Shown here: positions 10,743-18,955 of the stretch, in pieces
Numbering within the stretch: position 1 is the first letter of the stretch
Layout: each line of letters begins with the position of its first letter
Assembly (NCBI GenBank): GCA_964647785.1
Contig: CAZYJD010000001.1
Coordinates: 26,148-90,147 of the forward strand
Source: an uncultured Chitinophagaceae bacterium
GTDB taxonomy: Bacteria; Bacteroidota; Bacteroidia; NS11-12g; UBA9320
DNA length: 64,000 bases
Direction: 5' to 3'
Program-made: the position numbers and the translations under genes
The notes under the pieces: generated by a model
Told to the model about the DNA's origin: nothing
The model's input: the letters and a program-made list of their open reading frames with translations, nothing else
Database searches by the model: none

Positions 10743-11534
10743 ATGGGTTGGAGAAATCTCTTTAAGCACAATGAACCAACGAAAGGCATTGGTTTGGCTC
10801 TCGGGGGTGGTGCGGTTTTGGGTGCGGCGCATATTGGTGTACTGCGGGCCATAGAAGAGAGTGAAATTCCCATCAGTTACATCAGCGGCACAAGCATTGG
10901 TGCTTTGGTGGGAGCCTTTTATGCCTTTGGCAAAAGTTGGGAAGAGATTCACCACATCAGTAAAAAGTTGAATTGGATTGATGTTTCCACCCTTTCTCTC
11001 AATCGCTATGGTCTGCTCAGCAATGAAAAAATGGGACTCTTATTGGAGAAGCACCTCGGTAAAGTGAACATTGAAGATGCCAAAATTCCTTTTAACGCTG
11101 TGGCTTGCAACATTGCCAAAGGAGAAAAAGTTGTGCTTCAAAAGGGTTTGCTGAGCCGAGCAGTAACGGCCAGTGCAAGCATTCCGGGAATTTTTCATCC
11201 GGTGGAAATAGAAGGACAATTGCTGGTGGATGGGGGCATCATTGAAAATGTACCGGTAGCTACTGCAAGAGCCATGGGAGCCGAGTATGTGATCGCTGTT
11301 GACCTAAACTCTACGCAGCAACCCGGGCGGCCGGAAAATATACTCTCAGTCTTGCTAAATAGTTTTCACTACGTGATGAAAGAAGCGGTGAAGAAACAAA
11401 CCGAAGCGGCTGATTTGTTGCTAGAGCCCGATCTTTCAGCTTACAACTGGACCGATACCGATCATGTAGAAGCCCTGGTTCAAAAAGGGTATGAAGAAGC
11501 ACTCCCACCACTGCATCACCTCATGCAACTTTAA
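10743..11534 (+). CDS. Patatin-like phospholipase
   Basis: GLALGGGAVLGAAHIGVL oxyanion/glycine-rich loop, GTSIG (GxSxG nucleophile elbow) and a later DGG motif. Confidence 0.85.
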   Translation: MGWRNLFKHNEPTKGIGLALGGGAVLGAAHIGVLRAIEESEIPISYISGTSIGALVGAFYAFGKSWEEIHHISKKLNWIDVSTLSLNRYGLLSNEKMGLLLEKHLGKVNIEDAKIPFNAVACNIAKGEKVVLQKGLLSRAVTASASIPGIFHPVEIEGQLLVDGGIIENVPVATARAMGAEYVIAVDLNSTQQPGRPENILSVLLNSFHYVMKEAVKKQTEAADLLLEPDLSAYNWTDTDHVEALVQKGYEEALPPLHHLMQL

Positions 11535-12127
11535 AAATTGCCTGTTACCCGAACAACAATTTCATTTCTTCGATTGAGCAAACGAAAAGGAGGATTGTAG
11601 GCCAATAGCGTAAATTTTCCATCATGCGAAACACCTTCTTTTTCAAGCAATCGTTGAAGCTTTTTGCTGTATTTCTCTATTCTGCGCTCTGTTGCCCAAC
11701 CACCAAAGCGAATGGCAGCCAGCGTTTCGGATGGTTGCTCTTCAAATTGAACCAATTGGTTGTTGGGTGCCGGTAAGTCGTTCAATTGCATGCCCTCTGG
11801 AAAGCGAAACTTCATGACCATATTCGAATCTGTAACCTGCATGGCAACCGGACTGGTCATGGCTATTTTCTCCCCGCGCTGGTTGTTGCCAAAAATATAA
11901 GATGCGAGCGTTCGAAACCCCTTTGAACTGGCTGTGCGGAATGGCTCCGACTGCATTTCCACACGACTGTAGAGTGCTGCTTCGTATAACCGGATTTCAA
12001 AATTCTTAAACTTTTTAAGCACCTTATAAGGCGCCTGCTCGGTATGATCACTGCTTTGTTTCGAACCTATTTGTGCAATGGCTGAAAGGGAAATGACCAA
12101 AACTGCGATGATGAGTATTGTTTTCAT
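11531..12127 (-). CDS. SOUL/HBP-family heme-binding protein, secreted
   Basis: Signal peptide, then YEIRLYEAALYS...SKGFRTLASYIFGNN..., typical of SOUL heme-binding family proteins. 198 aa. Confidence 0.65.
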   Translation of the reverse strand: MKTILIIAVLVISLSAIAQIGSKQSSDHTEQAPYKVLKKFKNFEIRLYEAALYSRVEMQSEPFRTASSKGFRTLASYIFGNNQRGEKIAMTSPVAMQVTDSNMVMKFRFPEGMQLNDLPAPNNQLVQFEEQPSETLAAIRFGGWATERRIEKYSKKLQRLLEKEGVSHDGKFTLLAYNPPFRLLNRRNEIVVRVTGNF

Positions 12128-12369
12128 GTGAATTTTAATATTAAACAGGCGGGGTGAACAAAACGTTCTTGTTGGCCCCTTATTTTCAAATTACACAACT
12201 TCAGGGCACGACCAACTGCATGATTTGTTCAATGGGTAAATATCCGTTCTGATATGCCCCCCAATAAACTCGTTAGAAAAATTAAGATGCTTTTTCAGTG
12301 TGCTGGTTTGCATATAGAAAAATCCTTCGCCCATTTTTCTATATTTGGCAGTATGAAAATTTAAACCCT

Positions 12370-13311
12370 ATGAAAAAAACTTTTACTTCCCTTTTAGTAT
12401 TAATCACCTTCACAGCCTTCGGGCAGAACAAAAAAGAACAAATTGCCATTTTGAGTGCAAGGGTTGACAGCTTATTTCAGGCCCTGAATACTGAAAAAAG
12501 CGAACGAGCAAGCACAGAAAAGGAGATGCAATCTCAAATATCACTGCTTCAAAGTCAATTGACCAATGAGCAGAATGAAAAGAAAACCGTGGAAGCAAAT
12601 CTTGCACTGCGCACCCAAGAACTAAGCAGCCAGAAAGAAGAAAATCAGAACATTACGGCTCTGCTCAATGAAACGGAAAAAGCGCGTTTAGCTCTAGAGG
12701 AAAAATACAACAACACCTCTGCGCAGTTATCGGAAACGGAAAAAGCGCGTTTAGCTCTGGAGGAAAAATACAACAACACCTCTGCGCAGCTTAAGGAAAC
12801 GGAAAATGAACGCATGGCGCTGGTAGAAAAGTACAACACCACTTCCGAAGAACTGATTGAACAAATCAATCAAAATGAAACGCTTGTGGCATTGCAGCAA
12901 AAGACCATGGAAGCCATGAAAGAAAAAGATCTTCTCATTGAAGAATTAACCGACCACAACTCTTCTCTCTCAGATCAGCTTGCATCGCTGAATGAACCTG
13001 AATACCAACCAGAAGATGCAATGATCTATGATAATGAAGAGGCCAACGATGGTGGATCCAATGCAGGAAATCCCAAGTGGGATAAGGTGCTGGATGATTA
13101 TGAGAACTACGTTGTTGAATACGCCAAGTTCTATAAAAAAGCCATGAGTGGCGATATGTCTGCCATGTCAAAATATCCGGCCCTCATGGAAAAAGCCACC
13201 AACTTATCCAAAAGTCTTGAAGGGGCCCAAAACAGCAATGATTTGAGCCAAAAGCAAATGAATCGCTTCATTCAAATTCAAGGCAAGTTCATGGAAGCTG
13301 TGGGCTATTAA
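12370..13311 (+). CDS. Secreted coiled-coil protein with 21-aa tandem repeats
   Basis: Signal peptide MKKTFTSLLVLITFTAFGQ. Heptad-like Q/E/L-rich sequence. ETEKARLALEEKYNNTSAQL repeated three times. Confidence 0.6.
   Translation: MKKTFTSLLVLITFTAFGQNKKEQIAILSARVDSLFQALNTEKSERASTEKEMQSQISLLQSQLTNEQNEKKTVEANLALRTQELSSQKEENQNITALLNETEKARLALEEKYNNTSAQLSETEKARLALEEKYNNTSAQLKETENERMALVEKYNTTSEELIEQINQNETLVALQQKTMEAMKEKDLLIEELTDHNSSLSDQLASLNEPEYQPEDAMIYDNEEANDGGSNAGNPKWDKVLDDYENYVVEYAKFYKKAMSGDMSAMSKYPALMEKATNLSKSLEGAQNSNDLSQKQMNRFIQIQGKFMEAVGY
12670..12858 (+). repeat. 3 tandem copies of a 63-bp in-frame repeat inside the coiled-coil gene
   Basis: Units begin at 12670, 12733 and 12796 (gaaacggaaaaagcgcgtttagctct(a/g)gaggaaaaatacaacaacacctctgcgcag...). 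The third copy is degenerate. Confidence 0.85.
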
Positions 13312-13341
13312 CGAGAAGCTTAAAAAGTCCTTTTAAACCAA

Positions 13342-13396
13342 GGGTGCAAGAATGTCCGCATCAGCAATTGATGGTCATTTTTGCACCCTTTTTTTA
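13342..13396 (+). terminator. Rho-independent terminator-like hairpin between convergent genes
   Basis: agggtgcaagaatgtcc...ggtcatttttgcaccct followed by a TTTTTTT run. The stem is long and imperfect with a large loop. Confidence 0.5.
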
Positions 13397-13549
13397 TGCT
13401 TGCTCATTGGCTGGTTTTGATCTGATTCCAAGCACGCTTTTAATGTGGTCAGCTCGCTTTGTCTTTGCATTCAAAACGTACTTGGGTCTTATTACCTCTG
13501 AACAAGGCTGGCATTCATGAAGTTTCTTCGCAGCATGAATCATTTGAAA

Positions 13550-15460
13550 TCATTCATGCAGGTAAGTTATACCATCCGTAGGTCTCGAATAATTGATGTT
13601 GGGGTAGGAATAGGTTGGGAAACCATTGCTCGTGGTGAATTCACCCGACTGTAACCGAATTCTGCGATATCTCGATTTCAACTCAGCGCTCACCCGAACA
13701 TTTGCAGAGCTGAACCTTGAAATATACAAACCCTTGGTATCTAGCCACCAATATTCTGAACCAAAGGTAAAAAGCAATTTACCCTGCGAAATGCCAATGA
13801 AATTATACAAAGGTGGAGGATCCCAAGATGTGCTGCCGGCATCGACCATTCTGGATTTCTTTGTGAGTACATCATACACCTTCAGCTGACGATAATAACC
13901 CGAACTCGTGCCTTTGCTGATGTATACCTTATTCTCATAAATTATTTGATGATCATCAATAACCACCGGATTGTAACCCTGCTGCACAGGTACTGTTTTA
14001 GTGGTAGGAAAAAGGGTGTCTTTTGTATATTTCCATATCCTTGCACCGATTAATATGAACGAATCATTGATGATTTGGGGGACAATATTTAACCTTGATC
14101 CTTTGTCCGGGTTTTTCAAGCTGAACATTGCATCTCGGGCACGGCTGTAAAACGAAACATCACCGGCTTCATAAAAACATTTGCCTCCACCGCAACGCCA
14201 AAGATCTCCATCATTCAACCGGATCATATTTCCATAATGATCTATGACTTGGCCGAGGCTTGAGAAATTGCCCACTTTGAGGTCAGCCGAGTCCAAATGC
14301 CCCACATTCGAGTTCACGTAGAAATAAGGGTATCGCATTAAAATATTGTTGCTGTTCAATTTCTTGTTTGCATAAGCGGTATCCACCCGACCCGAGGGCT
14401 GCTTTTTAAGAATAAAGGTGTCAACTCGGTAATAGGCCGTATCTGCCTCTAACCACAACAAAGCACCCGATAAGTTATAATCCACTCCAAACCACATATC
14501 CGGAATTGTCCCGTTTTGTCCACTGCCACCCCCCGAGTTGGTAATAAAGGCTTTAACTGCCTCTAAAGGAACCTTGCCTCCTCCATTGCTCAATACAAGG
14601 GTGTCATTGATGAGCGCAATGCGCTGTATCTCATTGGTGCTATCGTTGTCCAGATTCTTCGGAAAATTCAGCTTTACCGCATTGCCATTCGATATCTCAA
14701 GACTGTCGCCTTTTACTGATAAGGTTTGCAATTCATTGCTGGGATCATTGTCCAGATTGGCAGGAAAATTCAGCTTCACGGTATTGCCATTTGATATGCC
14801 TAGACTATCTCCATTCACTGAAAGCGTTTGCAATTCATTGCCCGGATCATTGTCGAGATTGGCTGGAAAATTCAGCTTCACGGTATTTGCTCCGGAGATC
14901 GATAGGCTGTCGCCCTGTATGGCCAGCGATTGAATCTCATTGCCCACCACCGTATCGCGATCCCTGTTGCTTAAATAGGTGATTTTATCCGTCACGACGG
15001 CAATGGCACTGTCCGTTTGATTCGACATACTTTGCTCCGAGAAAAAGGCGTAAGGCACCGACCAAAACTTTTCCAATGAAGTGAGGGTGTAAGTGTTGTC
15101 ATTGTTAAAATCAATTTCCACTTGAAGGTGGGCTGTTCCCAATTCCCATGGGATGGCTTCAAAATCACCTGAAATGACCGTTCCCTGCCCTATGATGAGG
15201 TTAAAAACCCCGTATGCATCGGTGTTCGTTTCGTGGTATTCCTGATAGCTTTGTGTGCCATTGGGATATTGATCGAAAATGGTGAAACGCACCTTGATGG
15301 CTTTGTTGGACCAATAGACCGATTGGGGGTTTTCACCCGCCACGGAATAAGACCCATCCTTTACTGCCACCGCTTGGTAGGCAATTCCCTGCGGTGTATT
15401 CTGCGCTTGCACAGAAAAAGCAAGCGCGAAGCCAATGAGTAGAAGTTTTATTCTTTTCAT
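13550..15460 (-). CDS. Repeat-containing secreted/surface protein, paralog A (636 aa)
   Basis: Signal peptide MKRIKLLLIGFALAFSVQAQ. The N-terminal ~150 aa are identical to paralog B. 34-aa tandem repeats (NELQTLSVNGDSLGISNGNTVKLNFPANLDNDP). A unique ~330-aa C-terminal domain. Confidence 0.7.
   Translation of the reverse strand: MKRIKLLLIGFALAFSVQAQNTPQGIAYQAVAVKDGSYSVAGENPQSVYWSNKAIKVRFTIFDQYPNGTQSYQEYHETNTDAYGVFNLIIGQGTVISGDFEAIPWELGTAHLQVEIDFNNDNTYTLTSLEKFWSVPYAFFSEQSMSNQTDSAIAVVTDKITYLSNRDRDTVVGNEIQSLAIQGDSLSISGANTVKLNFPANLDNDPGNELQTLSVNGDSLGISNGNTVKLNFPANLDNDPSNELQTLSVKGDSLEISNGNAVKLNFPKNLDNDSTNEIQRIALINDTLVLSNGGGKVPLEAVKAFITNSGGGSGQNGTIPDMWFGVDYNLSGALLWLEADTAYYRVDTFILKKQPSGRVDTAYANKKLNSNNILMRYPYFYVNSNVGHLDSADLKVGNFSSLGQVIDHYGNMIRLNDGDLWRCGGGKCFYEAGDVSFYSRARDAMFSLKNPDKGSRLNIVPQIINDSFILIGARIWKYTKDTLFPTTKTVPVQQGYNPVVIDDHQIIYENKVYISKGTSSGYYRQLKVYDVLTKKSRMVDAGSTSWDPPPLYNFIGISQGKLLFTFGSEYWWLDTKGLYISRFSSANVRVSAELKSRYRRIRLQSGEFTTSNGFPTYSYPNINYSRPTDGITYLHE
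14560..14960 (-). repeat. In-frame 102-bp tandem repeat array (about 3 good copies plus degenerate flanking copies) in paralog A
   Basis: Unit starts at 14623, 14725 and 14827 on the + strand (tttgcaattcattgc...ggaaaattcagcttcacggtattgcc...). Period 102 bp = 34 aa. Confidence 0.85.
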
Positions 15461-15471
15461 TTGATGTAGAT
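14850..15471 (-). repeat. Segmental duplication copy 1 (about 620 bp; the last ~430 bp are 100% identical to 16423..16853)
   Basis: Direct comparison of the two stretches. Offset 1382 bp. Identity includes the start codon and the 11 bp upstream of it. Confidence 0.9.
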
Positions 15472-15504
15472 CATTTGAATATAAACGCCCTTAAGGCTGA
15501 TAAA

Positions 15505-16842
15505 TCAAAACTGAATGATTGCAAATCCTCTGGCATAGGGCGGTGCACAACAGTCAGGCACTTCATTCCCCACATAACCATTGGGTATGTAGGCGGGAAT
15601 CACCAATGCTTTGTAATCGTAGCCTATGACACTTCCATTTGTTCCGCGAGCTCCTGCCCTGGCGCAACCACCGGGACAATAGGCATTTCCTCCATTTCCT
15701 CCTCCCTCGGCATAATAATTTCCGAAATAGGTGTTGGTTGAATTGGTTTTTACATCCCCAATGGTTATCGCATAACTTTGTCCTGGAACAACAGTGATGG
15801 TATCTCTGAGGTAACCACCATTGCCACCAACCCCACCATTTGCTTCAGAATTCGTTGAATTGTTGCAATACCCATTGCAATATGCTCTGTTGCCATTTTT
15901 ACCTCCCCCTCCCCAGAGTTCAATGATGATGCGATTCACTCCTTGAGGACATTTCCAAAGCGTGTCTGAATCAAACCCTATAAACCGGCCGCTTGAAAGA
16001 AAAGTGGTGGTATCCTGATAATTTCTGATGTAATCGTTGATGTCTTGCAATGCAATGTTGCCCCCACCATGACTCAAGCGGATGGTGTCATTTGTTAGTA
16101 CAATCCGCTGTAACTCATTGGTACTATCGTTGTCCAAATTCTTTGGAAACAATAACTTCACAGTATTGCCATTCAATATCTCAAGACTGTCGCCTTTTAC
16201 CGATAATGTTTGCAGTTCATTGCCCGGATCATTGTCGAGATTGGCTGGAAAATTCAGCTTCACGGTGTTCGCTCCGGAGATCGATAGGCTGTCGCCCTGT
16301 ATGGACAGCGATTGAATCTCATTGCCCACTACTGTATCGCGATCCCTGTTGCTTAAATAGGTGATTTTGTCCGTCACCACTGCAATGGCACTGTCCGTTT
16401 GATCCGTTACGCTTTGCTCTGAGAAAAAGGCGTAAGGCACCGACCAAAACTTTTCCAATGAAGTGAGGGTGTAAGTGTTGTCATTGTTAAAATCAATTTC
16501 CACTTGAAGGTGGGCTGTTCCCAATTCCCATGGGATGGCTTCAAAATCACCTGAAATGACCGTTCCCTGCCCTATGATGAGGTTAAAAACCCCGTATGCA
16601 TCGGTGTTCGTTTCGTGGTATTCCTGATAGCTTTGTGTGCCATTGGGATATTGATCGAAAATGGTGAAACGCACCTTGATGGCTTTGTTGGACCAATAGA
16701 CCGATTGGGGGTTTTCACCCGCCACGGAATAAGACCCATCCTTTACTGCCACCGCTTGGTAGGCAATTCCCTGCGGTGTATTCTGCGCTTGCACAGAAAA
16801 AGCAAGCGCGAAGCCAATGAGTAGAAGTTTTATTCTTTTCAT
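15505..16842 (-). CDS. Repeat-containing secreted/surface protein, paralog B (445 aa) with a glycine-rich Cys-containing C-terminal domain
   Basis: Same signal peptide and N-terminal 150 aa as paralog A. Three 34-aa repeats. C-terminus WGGGGKNGNRAYCNGYCNN...GGVGGNGGY...EGGGNGGNAYCPGGCARAGARG...CCAPPY. Start ATG overlaps the stop of the upstream gene (ATGA). Confidence 0.7.
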   Translation of the reverse strand: MKRIKLLLIGFALAFSVQAQNTPQGIAYQAVAVKDGSYSVAGENPQSVYWSNKAIKVRFTIFDQYPNGTQSYQEYHETNTDAYGVFNLIIGQGTVISGDFEAIPWELGTAHLQVEIDFNNDNTYTLTSLEKFWSVPYAFFSEQSVTDQTDSAIAVVTDKITYLSNRDRDTVVGNEIQSLSIQGDSLSISGANTVKLNFPANLDNDPGNELQTLSVKGDSLEILNGNTVKLLFPKNLDNDSTNELQRIVLTNDTIRLSHGGGNIALQDINDYIRNYQDTTTFLSSGRFIGFDSDTLWKCPQGVNRIIIELWGGGGKNGNRAYCNGYCNNSTNSEANGGVGGNGGYLRDTITVVPGQSYAITIGDVKTNSTNTYFGNYYAEGGGNGGNAYCPGGCARAGARGTNGSVIGYDYKALVIPAYIPNGYVGNEVPDCCAPPYARGFAIIQF

Positions 16843-16853
16843 TTGATGTAGAT
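16232..16853 (-). repeat. Segmental duplication copy 2 (pairs with 14850..15471)
   Basis: See copy 1. Includes the last 11 bp of the upstream small CTD gene (atctacatcaaatga). The same relic is found upstream of paralog A. Confidence 0.9.
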
Positions 16854-17297
16854 GAGTTTTTTACTGTAAACGCGATGATCGGCAAGGGTGAGATGAATGG
16901 TGTACAAACCCGATGAAAAATTCTTCATGGATATGCGTTTAGCCCAACCCTGGTAACAGGTTTTACCAAACACATCCACCACCACCACATCGGTATAGGT
17001 TTCATTTGTTTCGATGTTCACCCAATCGGAAGTTGGATTGGGGTAAATGCTCAACTGTATGTCTTCGAGCATGGATTGAGGTCGCAAATGAAGAAAGGGT
17101 TTTGTTTGTATGCTCCGTCCGTCACTGAATTTATTTGCATTCACAACAGGAGAAGAAACCGGGTTAAAGGCCACCACGGCTGTTTTGCCCGAAACTGAAG
17201 AACCAAAGGAGCCAATGGCAGATCGTGCAATTTTCTGTGCGTCGGCCTCACTGCAAAGCAAAGTGAAGACCATTAGAAAGAATGCTGTGCTTCTCAT
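16839..17297 (-). CDS. Small T9SS C-terminal-sorting-domain protein (152 aa)
   Basis: Signal peptide MRSTAFFLMVFTLLCSEADAQ. C-terminal IYPNPTSDWVNIETN...SGLYTIHLTLADHRVYSKKLIYIK matches the type-A T9SS CTD pattern. 4-nt overlaps with both neighbouring genes. Confidence 0.7.
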   Translation of the reverse strand: MRSTAFFLMVFTLLCSEADAQKIARSAIGSFGSSVSGKTAVVAFNPVSSPVVNANKFSDGRSIQTKPFLHLRPQSMLEDIQLSIYPNPTSDWVNIETNETYTDVVVVDVFGKTCYQGWAKRISMKNFSSGLYTIHLTLADHRVYSKKLIYIK

Positions 17298-17917
17298 TGG
17301 TGAATTTCTATTCTAAGACCCAATGAAAGCTGATTGATTCTCAATTCATCTGCATCTAAATCAGCATTTGACAGCATATAGGCGTATGAAACATAAGGAT
17401 GGATGGCCAAATGATCTGCAGCATAGCCTGCAAAATTGATTTCGCCACCTAGGAAAAAGTTGGTTTTGGTGAACAACTCTTCTGTTTTGCTAACCGCCCC
17501 ATTCACCATTTGCGAGGATGCCGTTAGAAAGCTGTAAGAAGGCACTATGGCAAACGACTGAATGAAGAATTCCCGGGGTGTTTCCTTGCCCTGTGAAAGC
17601 GGCAATGCATAGCGTATGGGAAGGTCGAGTTTTAATGAAGAGTGGGTGAATGAAGTGCTCAATTCGCTGTTTACTGCGCTGGCTTGCACCGTAGAGGCAC
17701 TGAGCAATGTGGAGACCGACAATTTCTTGAGATCACCAAAAAACAACCCAATGCGGGTGTCTGCATGGTAGTGGCAATCATAGTTCAGTTCACCATTTGT
17801 TCCGCTGAACTGCACCTGAGGCTGGCTCAGGCCCTGATAAAATTGCAGGCCTATTTTTTGGGCAAAAGTGCCCAAAGATCCTAAAAGCAGTAGACCCACC
17901 ATTATACTTTTCTTCAT
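17294..17917 (-). CDS. Small outer-membrane beta-barrel protein (porin/OmpA-like family)
   Basis: 207 aa with a signal peptide, alternating hydrophobic beta-strand pattern, aromatic-rich strands and a C-terminal EIHQ. First gene of the operon. Confidence 0.6.
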   Translation of the reverse strand: MKKSIMVGLLLLGSLGTFAQKIGLQFYQGLSQPQVQFSGTNGELNYDCHYHADTRIGLFFGDLKKLSVSTLLSASTVQASAVNSELSTSFTHSSLKLDLPIRYALPLSQGKETPREFFIQSFAIVPSYSFLTASSQMVNGAVSKTEELFTKTNFFLGGEINFAGYAADHLAIHPYVSYAYMLSNADLDADELRINQLSLGLRIEIHQ

Positions 17918-18039
17918 CTGACAAAAATATTGAAAACCGCCAGATTGCCAATGAATGGCGCTTTGGGTGGGCTAATGCTCTTATAAAGTAGCACATGCAG
18001 ATGAGAAAATGACGAGGACCTAAGATGTACAATTGAAAT

Positions 18040-18066
18040 AAACCAAAAGCGCCCCTTCAAAGGGGC
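18040..18066 (-). terminator. Hairpin terminator downstream of the 18094..18522 gene
   Basis: gcgccccttcaaaggggc with a T-run on the minus strand after the stem (cttttggtttatttc). The hairpin is also followed by T's on the + strand. Confidence 0.55.
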
Positions 18067-18093
18067 ATTTTTGATTTTAAGTTAGGTAAATGT

Positions 18094-18522
18094 TCAGATG
18101 GAAGTCCTTAATTTTCCATTCCGAGCGACATAGAATAAACCAATGATAGGAAGTAAACTAACAATCATCAACGGAATTGGAGGATGCGCAGAAGAACCCA
18201 TCATTAAACTAATGAAATCTGGAAGCGTCCAAGCTAGATGCAAAATCCCTAACAAAAATGTTGCTGCTTTTAAAGAACTTAATTCTTTCAACGTCAGGGC
18301 ATATATGGTTGCAGCCAAATAACCTGCCATGATGAATGCAAATACAAAGAGCATGGTATCTAGAATGGCTATTGCACCAGCATTTTTAGCAAGACCTTCG
18401 ACACCCATATCTGCTATCATCATTTCTTTCATTTCACCGCCGCTCATCGCAAGGAATAAAGGAATAGACTGCAACAGATCTAAGATTAATGTTAGGACTA
18501 AAATGTTTTTAAAGTTTTTCAT
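18094..18522 (-). CDS. Small integral membrane protein (about 4 TM), paralog 1
   Basis: 142 aa, mostly hydrophobic helices. Shares a PPIPLMIVSLLPI-type motif with the next gene. Confidence 0.55.
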   Translation of the reverse strand: MKNFKNILVLTLILDLLQSIPLFLAMSGGEMKEMMIADMGVEGLAKNAGAIAILDTMLFVFAFIMAGYLAATIYALTLKELSSLKAATFLLGILHLAWTLPDFISLMMGSSAHPPIPLMIVSLLPIIGLFYVARNGKLRTSI

Positions 18523-18559
18523 AGTTGTGATTTGTTTGTTGTAATTCTTGAAGTTTTTC

Positions 18560-18955
18560 TCAAACTCTGTTAGACTCTTTTCTCATAGAAATCACGCTAA
18601 GCGCTATAAAAAAACCAAAGAGGACAAGAGCAGGAATTGGTGGTTGTAGTCCTGGCCATTGAACCATCGCATTAAATGCTTGTAATAATACGACCCCACT
18701 CATGGCAATAATTCCTTTAAAAAGATTTATAGCAAAATCTCCTGAGCTATTTCGCAATAAAAGTACCATAATGCCCACACCGAGGGCAACAGAGGCCAAT
18801 GCTTGATGCATAGCTGTTCCAACATCCAATGCCTGTTTCGATAATTCAATACCAGCAAATGCTTGAGATGTAATTTGTTCTGCACCAAGGAAAAATCCAA
18901 TTCCTTGCAGTGCCAATAATCCACCAATGATGGACAAGGATAAATTTGATTTCAT
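18560..18955 (-). CDS. Small integral membrane protein (about 4 TM), paralog 2
   Basis: 131 aa, hydrophobic. PPIPALVLFGFF motif parallels the neighbour. Confidence 0.55.
   Translation of the reverse strand: MKSNLSLSIIGGLLALQGIGFFLGAEQITSQAFAGIELSKQALDVGTAMHQALASVALGVGIMVLLLRNSSGDFAINLFKGIIAMSGVVLLQAFNAMVQWPGLQPPIPALVLFGFFIALSVISMRKESNRV

Noticed and set aside
13550-16842. T9SS type-B CTD on the two paralogous surface proteins
   Set aside because: Their C-termini (…PTDGITYLHE; …ARGFAIIQF) do not resemble type-A or type-B T9SS sorting domains. Only the small 152-aa neighbour has a CTD.
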